From positions 496,001 to 560,000 of the forward strand of contig OX337239.1 of the NCBI GenBank assembly GCA_946965045.2: a stretch of 64,000 nucleotides of DNA, read 5' to 3'. Source of the stretch: Epithemia pelagica (taxonomy: Eukaryota > Protista > Bacillariophyta). Made by a program: the position numbers and the translations under genes. This document shows, in pieces, positions 32,917 to 45,275 of the stretch; within the stretch, counting starts at the first letter, position 1, and each line of letters starts with the position of its first letter. The notes under the pieces are model-generated. The model was not told the DNA's origin. It did no database searches and was given only the letters and a program-made list of their open reading frames with translations.

Positions 32917-34261
32917 TGTGTTTGCGAAAGCCCCAGTAAGTCCTGGACTTTGAAAGTTGACAAATGGCCGTAGTAGAGGTGTGGAGTAGCCTGAAAAATG
33001 TGTGGATCGCCGGAATCTGACTCCTCACCCAGCGATCAGCGAAATTCACGCGTGCCTACCCCTTTGTCGTTATTTCTGGGTGACTGCTACCCAAGCAGGG
33101 GTGAGTAGGTAGTCGCACATGTGTCGTGTATTCTGAATTGTCAAAATACACGATTCATGCGCGACCAGACAACTCACCCCTGCTTGGGGGGTAGGGTGAC
33201 TGCTAGCAGGGGGGCACCTCTAGAGTGTCTACCCCTTCAAGCAATTGATCTACTCCTAGGTAGGAGTAACACTTGTGTACGGCCCTCTACTGCATGCTTG
33301 AAGAACTTTTTCTGTCGTGCAAAGGAAGACGACAACAAGGTGAAAATAGGTGAAAATGAAGAAGAAAGAACTTGCACAAGAAGATGATGAGGTCAGTTTA
33401 CACTAACGAACTATCCTTTTCTTTTTCTGGACCAAATTTATGGAAAGCACTACCATATGGGACAATATCAGGCTATAAGCTACTCCTAGCAATAAATCTC
33501 TCCGTGTCTTTGTTTTGACGTTCGACAAATTGGAATTTGGAAAAAGCATTGACATTTTATGACACATAAACGAAAAGAGACAAAGTTTCAGCAGCTTGCC
33601 AGTTTGTTCTTGGTCTCAGAGCATTTGGTAGATGACGTGTAGTATTCTCCCACGAGACGACTGAAACAAATAGAGGTAGTCGACCGCTGCTAGGTAGGCT
33701 CCAAACTCTCCCTGACTTTCATGGCGGGAGGACCAAGATCATCATCTTCCTATTCGCCTTGGCCGACCATGAAGATTTGTAGGAGTAACCGTTTCGTTTG
33801 GAACCAACAAGTCTATTCAATCCACGAGCAATTTCCCAGTGTATTTGTAGGATTACTCTTGTCTCCACGCATGCATTCTCTCCTGGACCACAACAAATGT
33901 GTATAAAATATCCCGCAAAAAAGAGAACTAGACCATGTCCAACAAAATCGCCGACTCGAATACCACCAGGTAGTTGGTACTGCCTTCTCGGCCAACGCCC
34001 GGAGCAAAACGGCCCGATACAAACATAAACACTGGGAGGCATCCCTGGCCTGCCTCTGAAGAGGTTCAGCACAAACACAGAAACACGAGAAATGCATAGT
34101 TTGTGTAACATCACCCAGCGTGGAGGGTGGTTCCACGCATCTCCATCCATTGTCCTCTGGGGGGTTTGGACTAGCGGTCCTTTCCTCATGTGATGCGGTG
34201 GTATCTTTTGTTCAATGGATAAAGACATTTGACAGGGCCCCTTGTAAAGTGTGGATTACTG

Positions 34262-35326
34262 TTAGCCGGTAAAAATGTCATAATTGGCCGGTCTCCGCGA
34301 AGAGGACGTTTGACTGGTTTCCGTCGTGTCGTACGACGATTCCTCCGAATTCGAATCTGATGAGGACGACGACGAAGGATCGAGTTGAGGCACGACACCA
34401 CTCACGGCCAAAAGAATCAATCCAACGGCCAAGAGAATGACAAAGACAATGCAACACCATACTTCTGGTTGTCTGTACAACAGAGTATTTGGCGGATGAT
34501 CAGTCTCATCCTTGGTGTCGTGGAGTGGCAAACTTGCGTCGTCGTCGTCTTGAGGTTTCTTGTTCTTGTTGTGGTCCTTGTCTTTGGGGGCAAGGAATGG
34601 CGTTTGTTGGTTCTTTTTCTTCTTGTTTGTGTTGTTGTTTCTTCGCGGAGGTGCCGCTTCGGGGGGCGGTGATGATGATGAAAAGGACCGTCGTCGGGGA
34701 GGTCGTCTTGTTTCCTCTGTATCATCTACCGAATACATGGGTTCATCGCAAAAGGCACTTTCCAAATCCTCACTGTCGTCACTATCGAAACTCCTCCGAG
34801 AAAAAGTTCGCGTGCCCTGTACCTGTTGTTGCTCCTGTATGTTCAAGGCCTGCCGGGCTGCCGTGGAATAGGGTACCTTGCTGTGGTGGTGGTTGTTCTT
34901 CTTGGTAGTGGTGGTCGTCGTCATCGTCGTAGTGTTGCTAGTATGGTGAATGGGAGGAGTACTTGTTCGAGACAAGGCCGACTCGACGAGTTCATGATCT
35001 AACCCAATGCAGGCAACGGCCGCTGCTCGATGCGAGGGACCCTCCTCACCATCGTTCTCCTTCATCTTCTGCTTGATGTTCAGTACCTGTGGAACCTCCT
35101 CCTCATCCTCTATTGTCCAGGCTTGAGATTCGAGAGGTTCGTGGCTGGAAGAGTGCGGGTTGTTTTCTTCGTGTTGTTGGTTCCCATCATTATCATCCTG
35201 AAAGACTTCGTCTTCTTCTTCTTCTTCCCCGTTCTCTCCACTCCCCTTATCGTTGAGAGTTGTCTGTGCCTCCTCCTCCTCCAACGCATCATCCATCTCT
35301 CGATTGATCCGTGCCGCCATTCTCAT
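34262..35326 (-). CDS. Hypothetical acidic low-complexity protein with one C-terminal transmembrane helix (354 aa)
   Basis: Single ORF starting at ATG. Hydrophobic segment VWCCIVFVILLAVGLILLAVSGVV. Confidence 0.7.
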   Translation of the reverse strand: MRMAARINREMDDALEEEEAQTTLNDKGSGENGEEEEEDEVFQDDNDGNQQHEENNPHSSSHEPLESQAWTIEDEEEVPQVLNIKQKMKENDGEEGPSHRAAAVACIGLDHELVESALSRTSTPPIHHTSNTTTMTTTTTTKKNNHHHSKVPYSTAARQALNIQEQQQVQGTRTFSRRSFDSDDSEDLESAFCDEPMYSVDDTEETRRPPRRRSFSSSSPPPEAAPPRRNNNTNKKKKNQQTPFLAPKDKDHNKNKKPQDDDDASLPLHDTKDETDHPPNTLLYRQPEVWCCIVFVILLAVGLILLAVSGVVPQLDPSSSSSSDSNSEESSYDTTETSQTSSSRRPANYDIFTG

Positions 35327-36120
35327 GTCCTCTCAGCAGTATAAGGTCTGTGGATGATCTTTCTTTATTCACCCGGGAGCAAAGTGAGATCGAAGCTATT
35401 GTAGTTGTAGGTTCCGTTCGGATGATTGCGTTATTGTTGTTGTTGTTGGCGTCGTCGTTCTGGTTCAATGCGGTAAGCCCCTGTCGATCGTAGAGAATAC
35501 GGCTGTCGTTGTTGCTTCTCTCTCGCTCTCGCATCGCTCTCTGTTCCAATGTCACTGACTGTTACGTGGTCGATGGATCGTTAACCTGTTCCGTTACTAT
35601 TGCCCATGCTTTCTCACCGGCTCGCTCCAACGTTTTGAAATACACCCCTCTGGTAGGCAATTCGATTGTGCGTGATTTTCCGATATGCCTCCAACGACCA
35701 AAATGCTAACCCTACAATTGCCCCATCTTAGCCCAAGAAGATATCGAATAGAAAATAAATCGCGATTCGTCCGCGACCTATGAAATCCGTTCCCACACAA
35801 GACTTGATCTACTCAACCAAATCTACCTCTACTTGTACTCCTAGTAGCTAGGCCTCGTACTCGGGAGAGGAGACAATGGCGGGACTAGTAGAGACCTCTA
35901 CAACCTCCTGAGGCATGTGACAAAAGAACGCGTCACGCTCGGCGGGACTGCCGTTGACACGCACTCCGGATTCCGAATTCCGAAAGATACCTCCACAGCA
36001 GGTTTACGTAGGAATGGTACCCCTACAGTTTTGAAACGACTCTCCGGGATACTCGTAGAGCAAATACAAATCTTCCTTGAATGGTGGTCACAATCAGAGC
36101 AAGACGTAAACAATGACGAC

Positions 36121-36217
36121 CTCCACCACCACAACCACCACCACAACCACCACCACAACCACAACCACTACCACAACCACTACCACTACCACAACCACCA
36201 CCTACAACAACAACACC
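36121..36217 (+). repeat. CAC/CACAAC/CACTAC simple repeat
   Basis: About 95 bp of degenerate tri- and hexanucleotide repeat ending at the Ran-like ATG. Confidence 0.85.
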
Positions 36218-36938
36218 ATGCCGGAGTTCAAGCTAATATTATTGGGCGATTGTAAGTACCCGTCCTCGTAATTCTATTCATGGGAGACCATCAGTTGGCG
36301 ATCTGACGCTTCTTCATGCTTCACTATCCTTCTTTCTTCCTCACCATTGAAATGTATTCGTTGTGATAGCTGGTGTGGGGAAGACCACGTTTGTGAAGCG
36401 TTACTTGAATGCAATGGGTGAGGACGAGGTACATCCTCTTATTTTCAAGACCAATCGTGGTCCCATCAAGTTCAATGTCTGGAACACAGCCGGACAAGAG
36501 AGGTATGGGGGTCTTCGTGACGGATACTATATTCAGGGCCAATGTGCGATCATCATGTTCGATGTGACTAGCCGTCTCAGTTACAGCCATGTACCAAACT
36601 GGTATGGGGACCTAACGCGTGTATGTGGGGAGAATATCCCTATAGTACTTTGTGGCAACAAAGTTGATGTCCAAGACCGAAAGGTCAAGACCAAGCAAAT
36701 CAAGTTTCATCGCAAGAAGAATTTGCAGTACTATGACGTTTCCGCCAAATCGAACTACAAAGTAGTCCAACCCTTCTTGTGCTTGGCACGCAAGTTGTCC
36801 GGCGACCGCGACCTTCACTTTGTTGAAGCTCCCGTCCTTCGTCGCCCGGAGACTTCATTGATTGCTGCTCTGATCCAGCAGTACGAACAAGACCTCGCAA
36901 ATGCTGACGCGGTGCCACCACTTGACGACGATTTGTAG
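36218..36938 (+). CDS. RAN: Divergent Ran GTPase paralog (2 exons, 200 aa)
   Basis: Exons 36218-36251 and 36370-36938 with a GTAAGT...TAG intron. Splicing gives [22 protein letters not shown]...[25 protein letters not shown]...NKVD...SAKSNY and an acidic tail LDDDL. Confidence 0.9.
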
Positions 36939-37193
36939 AAGATTGTTGTGCCGTGATGCCAAGCAATGTCTGGTCAAGATATGGAACTCCCGAAGCAAGT
37001 CTTTGATTCAGCTCATACCTTACTATGTAGCTCATTATTTAGTTCCTACTTTCGATATGCTTCATTGTGATTGCTTTCAATAGTTTACCTCCTGGAGTGA
37101 TAAGCTACTATGAAAAACGACAGAACAAGAAGGAACGACCATCCTTCTCCAACGTTGGACTTGTGATCGAGATGAATTCTCTAACACACCTAC

Positions 37194-38246
37194 CTAGGAC
37201 TTGGTTTGGACCCCTTGTCGTTCGGCGGCTTCACTGGGTGTTTGGGCCGCCGTGATTTGCAAGGCATGAATGCGTGGCATAATGTCGCCCAGCAAGAGGT
37301 AAATAAGTTGATGGCGTTTGACCAATTTCAATCCTTCAAAGGCTTGCGATACAATGGTCAATTCAAAATGGGACTCGCCGTCGTCAAACCCCTTGGATCC
37401 GGCATGACCGGCATGTTGATAGGACACATCTTTCAACTCCAATTGTGTCGGTTGTAATTTTTGCAAGGCTTGTATCATTGCCGTGTACATGGGACGATCG
37501 TCTGAAATGGAAAGTGATTCGGGTGGTGCAGTCTCTCCATTGACGGCTTGAGACGACGACGACGATTCGGTCGACGTTGATTCGGACGACGACGATGCTA
37601 ATTCCAAAGCTTGTTGTTTCATTTGAGCCAACATGTTGAGAAAGCCATTGTTGCGTCCAGGTGTGAGACTCGATTGAATGCCTGCTGTTTGAATAAAGCG
37701 TGGATTGACAAGTTGAATTTCCTCTGCCGTACAACCCGACAAGCCACGGACCAACAAGGCGACCAATCCCTTGGTCAACAACCCGTCCGAATCGCCCGTA
37801 AACTGAATGGCAATCTTGTCGTCGTCGTCATCGTCCATTACCTTTGTCGTGGCATGAATGTACACATTGCTCAAACAGCCAATCACCTTGTGCTCGGGAA
37901 TTTTCAAAGCGTCATCCATGGGATCCAATTGATTGGCCATGTACAACAACTGTTTGTACCGTAGTTTGTCATCGCCAATCGCCGCAAAGGCAGTTGTCAT
38001 TTTTTGCAATTCCGGTGTCAATCCCAAATCATCCATGTCGTCGTTCGACGACACAGCCTTCAATCGGCTCGTTGCGTGTGCATGAGTGATCGTCCTCCAT
38101 GATTGCGGCAACGTTCTACTACTGGATTGGAGCGAAACTGGCACAGAGGATACGGACGATGGTGGTCGTATCACAAGAGCATTTACCAGCACGTCATGCC
38201 ATCTCCAAGCTAGAAGCAACAGGATTGATCGAAAGAACAACAACAT
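37194..38246 (-). CDS. SUFE1: Plastid SufE-BolA fusion (SUFE1-like, about 350 aa)
   Basis: Signal peptide from ATG 38246. SufE domain with KVIGCLSNV, GDSDGLLTKGL and SLTPGRNNGFLNML. BolA domain with HAGH, ESHF, FEG...VKRHQLIY and IHAL. Confidence 0.93.
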   Translation of the reverse strand: MLLFFRSILLLLAWRWHDVLVNALVIRPPSSVSSVPVSLQSSSRTLPQSWRTITHAHATSRLKAVSSNDDMDDLGLTPELQKMTTAFAAIGDDKLRYKQLLYMANQLDPMDDALKIPEHKVIGCLSNVYIHATTKVMDDDDDDKIAIQFTGDSDGLLTKGLVALLVRGLSGCTAEEIQLVNPRFIQTAGIQSSLTPGRNNGFLNMLAQMKQQALELASSSSESTSTESSSSSQAVNGETAPPESLSISDDRPMYTAMIQALQKLQPTQLELKDVSYQHAGHAGSKGFDDGESHFELTIVSQAFEGLKLVKRHQLIYLLLGDIMPRIHALQITAAQTPSEAAERQGVQTKS

Positions 38247-41200
38247 GGTATTGCAGATAGTTTCTGTTAACAGTGTGTCAATCGAATTTCCCCCAAACAC
38301 AATGGTTTGTGTGTCTTGTCGTTTGACACTCTGGTCAATCACAACACGTTGGCTGGTTGTGCTTGATGTTTTGTTGTTGATTCTGGGAGCCAGGAGAAGA
38401 AGGCACCGCACAGTATTAAGCACAAACAGAAATGTGAGATTGGCAATTGAAATCCGATGATTGCGGCAAGACACTCAAGCGGACATGGCCCCTTCCAAAC
38501 AAGATGGATGCCACTACGATCCTCTTTGAAGAACGCGTCCTTTCTAGTTAGACTTACGGCTGGTAATGCCACAGAGGACTTGTTGTTCGTCCACACCGAT
38601 TGTCCTTGCTGCCTTGGATCTTTTCAATCTTTGCCAAATCGGAATGCCACTGACGACTGTCTTCGGTGGATTTCTCTCGTCAACAACCGAACAAGGAAGA
38701 CGAGAGATGGGATTGATCTTGTTGTGGGTGTTGTCCGAAGATCCAAACACAACAACGAGACGAAAGAAGAACCGGATGCAGAAGCGGAAGCCAGAACGTG
38801 TGATGACGTGTCCTACGGAGCGACGTACGTACCGCATGAGATCATCTACCTCTGCTACCCTTCGTATCTTATCGAAAGTCGAAAGTCGAAAGCCACCATG
38901 GTCTCTTTCGGTTTCGGACTTCGGACCATATATCTTCTACTCCTACTTGTAGTGCTCTCTACTCTTACTTCAGCCTATTGTTTGGGACAGAGGGTAATGG
39001 ATCCAACAAGAACGGAATCTATAGTACATATACGTATTCTTCCGATTCATCTTGGAAAGGAAAAAGAAGGCAACAAGGATGTTCGCTCTAGCTGTTCCGA
39101 AGCATGGCTGCTAGTCTCCCGAGACCTCGACAAAAGCGTGTGTTTCTAGGGTGATTCCCATTCAGATCGTCGACGAGAATACCCCCGCGCAGCAACGGCA
39201 CTATGGTGCCCTTACTAGAGCTCTACAACTAGACATATCGACGACGCATTACACGAGATGATGACCGGGGCAAAATGGTTGTCATGACATACATTCGGCC
39301 CTGGTATCCAGGGACTGCAAGGACCGGACCATGTGCCAGGCGCTGCCGTTCCGAGCCACATTCAAGAAAACGTTTTCTTTTGTTTCCTATCCTTCGCCTT
39401 GTCCCATACGTTTTCTGTCGAGGTAGGAGAGACAACGAAAGCTATGGTACCGAGGGGCCTTCCTTCCCAATAATCCAACGGCAATCGAAGCACCATACTG
39501 AACAAGCGAAATGAATTGTACCCACGCAAATTCCAAGTTTTGGATCCTACCACGCAGTCCTCGGTTATCAATCAATGCTAGAAACATGTACAAGGAATCC
39601 AAATCTAGAGAAAGCCCCCCTCACTCAAACCAGAATCCAGACTATATTCCAGAGGATGCACTGTCCAAGCACGAGATTCATTCATAGACGGCAGGGCCCA
39701 TCCAAAAGAATGCGTTCTTCTCATCGAATTCGATACACAAAGGCTAGCATCCGACAATCATTCCATCCGCATATTGCAAACCTGAACCATCCAAATTCAG
39801 ATTTTCGTTTGGTACAAGTAGTTTCTTTGCTCGTTCGTTGTTACTGTGTTCGTCGTTCCCGTTTCTTATACGACACCACCGGTCGTGGGCAACCCAATGC
39901 GTTCCGCCCGTTGTCGAACAGCCGTGGCCGTGGCCGAGCCTTTGCGTCGTTGTGGTGTTTTTCGACTTATAGCTTTATTGGCGTTGTCTCGTTGGCCCTT
40001 GGTATCGGCTTCGGTCATCAACCGTTCATTCACAAGCTGTCATGCCACACGAGGATTGGAGCGGGTGGAGTGTCCGTGAGACCACAGGGATACCAAAGAA
40101 GTCACAAAGACAAAAAATTCGCTCAACAACCGTGTATCCTTCATCCAGCCCACTCTTCCTTTTTCATTCCTCTACTCTCTTTTTACCTGTTCATACTCTT
40201 CAATGTCTTCGGTTTTCAAGTCAATCCGAGTGGGAGGTCGTCGCAATGCCATGGTGCATGTTGTTGTCCATCCGTCGTCTTGGATGTGCTCCATCCACAA
40301 CCACCCGCGCGAAAATCGGCTGGCCCGGCGTGCATAAGCTACCGCTCATGGGTCGCTTTTTATAAAGTACGTCAGAACGAGAGCACATCCATCACCAATC
40401 ACCATGACGGGTGAAAGTGAAATGGAACGGCCGCACCCTCTGGCAAAAGGACCACGACGGTCTCGCACCAGAGACTCGGAGTCGAGACAGGCCTGCAATG
40501 CATTGGCGTAGTGATCTGTTGTGCCAACGAGAAGCAAGAATGGCCTCGCACTCAAAGCATATCGGCAGAGGAATTTGGCCTGGTCGTGTGTGGTGTCAGG
40601 TGGATTGAATTCTCGTACTGATGGTTCCTGGTCCTTGGATTGTCTTCGTCATGACGACTACCGAACCCTTTTTAAAATGTCACCCCGGGGTTGGAAACGA
40701 GTAATGGAAAAATCACAGAACGCAGATCATCGCCAATGATCATTCACCATTCACATCTTGATGCGGTGTGGAAGACACTCTCTCCCAATCATAGCAGTAT
40801 CTTTGGTGACAACGTCCAAAATTGAGTATGTGTGAGCAAGACACACAATCCTCATCGAACTCGACGGATAATGCTTTCCAGTGATTTGGAAGGACCAATG
40901 CCAAATACAAACAACACTCATGCGCAATGTAGTTCGGTCCAGGGAAAGATGACCCATGCTCATACCACAATCAACCCAGCGAAGAAAGTTATCCCAGGAA
41001 CGTCCCATTGCGTGTGAGTAGAATGACAAAACTTGCCGAATCCTGTGACATCGATCCAATGGACCAATTTGTCGTCACTCGAAAAACGCTCTCATCGTTC
41101 ATCCATCTGGAACGGCATGAGCATGCGGAGGAGAAGGAGGAAGCGAGATTTAGGTGGATTCGAGCGGTCCATTCTTTAACACCGACGTGGTGGTGTAGAT

Positions 41201-41571
41201 GGATCAGTTGCACGATGTCCTGGCCTTGCTTGGATGTCGACTTTTGTGGGGGATTTGCGGAGCACTTCTCTCACGGAGCGACGCTTCAAGATGTCATTAG
41301 CTTTCCTGGTTAATCTGGTCATAGGAGCAGTCCCATGTCAAGTGTTCCATTCTGCACACAACGACATGACACAACAATTCAGGTTCTACAAGAAAGATTG
41401 CAAAATGCGAAAACATTCAACTTTATAGTAGGATCGACAACACATATGAAACATCCTCCAACACGTATAAAATCCACTTATAGATGTATTCGTCAATTGA
41501 TCCTCACGCCATCCAAGAGTCACCCACACACCAACACCGCTGTAAACTACCTAGGTAGTCGTCTTGGATTC

Positions 41572-44075
41572 TTAGCTGGCTGCCGTGGTAGAAGCAGTTT
41601 CGGGAGGGTGGAATTTGCTGGCGGCCGCCGTCTTCATCAGGGCACCAATAATGTAGAGGACCTTGAAAAAGGTTCCAATGGCAATAATGACAATGATATC
41701 GACGCCCGTTTCATCGTTGGAACTCAGCAAGGGGAAAATCTTGGAGAATTCATCCAAGACCTCGGCACCAGACGTGGTATCCAAACACACGGACTGATCC
41801 GTGTCTTCGGTTTCCACACAGGGATTCCATTCAATCTCGATAAAGTAGTTGTAAATAAAGGATCGGACATAGTACGAGTACGGCAAAATGTAATAAAAGA
41901 GTTCAAAGGGCCAGTACAAATCACGCAAGGGAATAAGGAAGCCTCCAAACAAGAAGGCACCGAACCTGTGATATAAAACAAGACCGACGTGCACCACAAA
42001 CCATCACCATCGCAACAGAGCAAGCCAAATAAAAGCTGAGATCCATTGTTGTTGCGAACCAAAACACTCTTGTCCCCCAAGAAAAAACAAACGGAACGTA
42101 CCAAAAGTTCATGAATTGTAGCATGCCAAGAATGGGATCTTCAAACCACACGGACAAGGCTTCGGCGACGGATTCAAAGACATACATGGTACAAGCGTGA
42201 ATGATGAGACACAATCCAAAGGAGGCTCCGGGTGCACCCATGACCGCAAAGAGTGGAATACCCAAGGAAAAGAGCGAAAAGATGATCATGATTGGCAAGA
42301 CCAAAATGGACTTGGCAAAGACATAACTAGCACCGGACACCATTCCATTTTTCGTTTCGTTCAAGAGCGATTTGAATTCATCATTCAAGGAATACACGGC
42401 GACCACACCCATTTGTGTCGGGACACCAATCAACTGCGGTTCGAAATCGCATGAAAGAATAAAAGTTAGCAACCGTGCTCCAACAATCAACCTGCTGATA
42501 CCTGGAACACATGTGATGGACATACCCAAATTGACAACCAAAACTTGTTTTGCACTTGATCTTGATCGTCTTTGCGTGCCTTGAGATAAACCAGGGAGAA
42601 GATGAGACACGACACCAAAAAGACAATGCAGCGACCAATGTAGAGAATAGGGTCACGGATAATGAGGGCAAAGTGACGACGGAACAAGATTGTAATCTCT
42701 GGTCCAATGCTCTTCTTTTCCATGTTGACCACACCTTCATCGTCTTCATCCAATTCCGACTTTCCATGACCGGAATGGTGACTCGACAAGGCACCGCCGC
42801 CACCCTTTTCTTCCCAGGTATCCAAAATCTCCGCCACGGCGGCTTCATCGGAAAAGTCCGAATTGACCAAATCCAAAAAGAACTGCACACGCACACAACA
42901 ACAACCACTCTCATGTGTTAGAAACTCGACATGCAAACACGTATCCTGCATTCAAGGACCAGAACGTACTTCTGCAGGGTTGGTATTGGGCGGAATGGCA
43001 TGCCCAGTCGAATCAAAGTAGGGCAAGGCGTCTTGAACGTCCCCCACATAGGCAATTCGTCCACGCGACATGAGCATGACTTGATCAAAGTTGTTGTACA
43101 CCTTGGTACTGGGTTGATGAATGGTACAAATGGTAATGAGACGTTCTTCCTTGGCCACACGGACAATTTCTTGCATAATATTCATGGCCGACGCAGCATC
43201 CAATCCACTGGTGGGTTCATCCAAAAACAAGACACGGGGTTGCTTGACCAGGGCAATGCCAATGGACAAACGACGACGTTGGCCTCCCGACAATCGCGCA
43301 TTGGCCGTATCGGCACAAATCTGCAACCCCATTTTGGTAATAATTTCTTCCACCAACACATCTTCTTCTTCCTTGGACACGACATCGTACAATTGACAAG
43401 CATATTTGAGCGTTTCCCGACACGTCAAGTAGGGCCAATGCTTGTCTTGCTGTTGCACCACAAAGCAATGTTGTCGAAAAATCTTGGACGTGAGGGGAAT
43501 GCCATTGAGTTTGACGGAACCAGTCGCCACTCCATACTGGGCATTCAAGGTCAAGGCATTGATCAATGTAGTCTTTCCGGCTCCAGATGGTCCCATAACT
43601 ATCGATGATAGGATAATGATGCGAGCAAAGGACAACACACAAGCAGCAACAAACAATATATTTTCGTGAGTGAGGAATTGGTAGGTCAAGCACCAGACAG
43701 GACAAACTTGATGCCAATCGATATTTTGAACGCCACAGCGACAATGCCAACCGACAGTCACCATCTCTTTTCTACACTTTGCACAAATCCACAGGCACTC
43801 TCTCTCTCTCGTTCTTTTTCACACTTACTGGCCAAGACACGTCCAAATTTGACGACACCGGAAACATCGGTCAAGATATTCTTTTTCTTGTCTTTGGATC
43901 CAACAATAAAATTAATGTTGCGAAACTTCAAAATGGACGACTCCATACCCGTGGACTTTTCCGAATGCAACCGATGAACGGAGGAAGCCGATTTGGTGGA
44001 CAGGGGGACAACGGAATCATCCACCACTTCTTCGACACCTTGTTCCGGCGTAGGATCCTCGCCATTGTCCGCCAT
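41572..44075 (-). CDS. ABCG half-transporter (5 exons)
   Basis: Exons 44075-43829, 43598-42970, 42882-42526, 42433-42102 and 41965-41572. All introns are GT-AG and preserve frame. Walker A GPSGAGKTT, signature LSGGQRRR, Walker B LFLDEPTSG, H-loop TIHQP, then a transmembrane domain. Confidence 0.93.
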
Positions 44076-44444
44076 GATGATGATGATAATATGTCAGCAA
44101 AGTTTTTTGTCAAACACGGACTGTGAGATCAAAGATACGCCTGATTTGGTGGATCCACGTCGTCCTCCTTTTGCGGCTGGCTCTGGAGAACTGTGTCACT
44201 CTCAAACTTGGATCACAAAGTTGTGTGACCGAGTTGCAATGAATCAAAGAGTCTGGTTCCAAAGATGAGTGAGTTCGACACCGCACTACCAAAATATATC
44301 CAAACGAATGCAGAGCTTACAAACAAAAGAAAAAAGTGTCACTACCGCGACCATTTCTCGCTCGTAAGCACCTCGGGAAGCAAAATTCGGTGTAATCCCC
44401 AGAAGATCCGAAAAAGTGTTACAATAAGTAATTCCTGTTCACTG

Positions 44445-44517
44445 TTCACGTTCACGTACGAGTACTCGTACCTCGTACCTTGTACACGTACACTCGTACC
44501 TCGTACTGGTAACTGGT
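44445..44517. repeat. GTAC-rich short-period array in the ABCG intergenic region
   Basis: TTCACGTACGAGTACTCGTACCTCGTACCTTGTACACGTACACTCGTACCTCGTACTGGTAACTGGTA. Confidence 0.7.
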
Positions 44518-45275
44518 ATGGGGGACGTGCTGCTAAGTAGGATAAGCTCTACCAGTATCAGTGCCATATATTATGTATTTCTGTTGGGCTCGTTGTTGGG
44601 GTTTGTTGCTTTTCCAGTGGGGGCGCTTTGGTGTCTCTTCACGTCCAAATTCCATTTTCGGACGCTGTGGAGTAGAAAAAGAGAGATACTCTCCAGCTTG
44701 GGACCTCGAGTTTGTACAGTCTCATGGTATCTTTTGTAAATCCTGTACGTGAGCAGGAGGAGCGATGTTGAATTCCCCAAAAGCCGGCATGGTTTATACG
44801 TAGCTCTGCCGTAGAATGTGGTAGGAAGAGGGGTGCGTGCGCGGTTGGAAGGAGCATCTGCGAAAGTCAAGGAACTTCCCGTTGGATTTAGTGTCACACG
44901 TTTGCAAAATCTATATCTCGTGTACAGCATGTAGAGTGTAAAAAGGAGTACACTCGATCGGGTGGAGTGGTGACAGCAGGCACAAACGGTGGCCCCTTGT
45001 GATCTCGCGGTTCCATTCGATTTTCGTGGTCTCAGCTTCCAAAATAAAAAAGGTGAACATCCAAGTCACTCGTCTCTCTCGACTCTCGACATCGACCAAA
45101 GATCTTACAATTCGTTTGGCTTTGTTGAAACAAACGTGTTGTCGTTGTTTGAAATCAGCAGCGTTTTTGGGAGAATACCTGTTTGGACCCTCCTAACAAT
45201 CGCATTGTTTGGATCTTTGAAAATCTTTGCCACAGAAAAAGTTCGATCCAGTACTAGCAAAACTTGAACGACATC

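Noticed and set aside
35917-36255. His-rich ORF as a metal-binding protein
   Set aside because: The His tract is the CAC microsatellite, and the ORF's end is Ran exon 1 read in another frame.
38457-41330. Medium ORFs between SUFE1 and ABCG, including a weak Ulp1-like NHWKAL at about 40870
   Set aside because: No catalytic motif set or consistent frame was found. Probably degenerate sequence.
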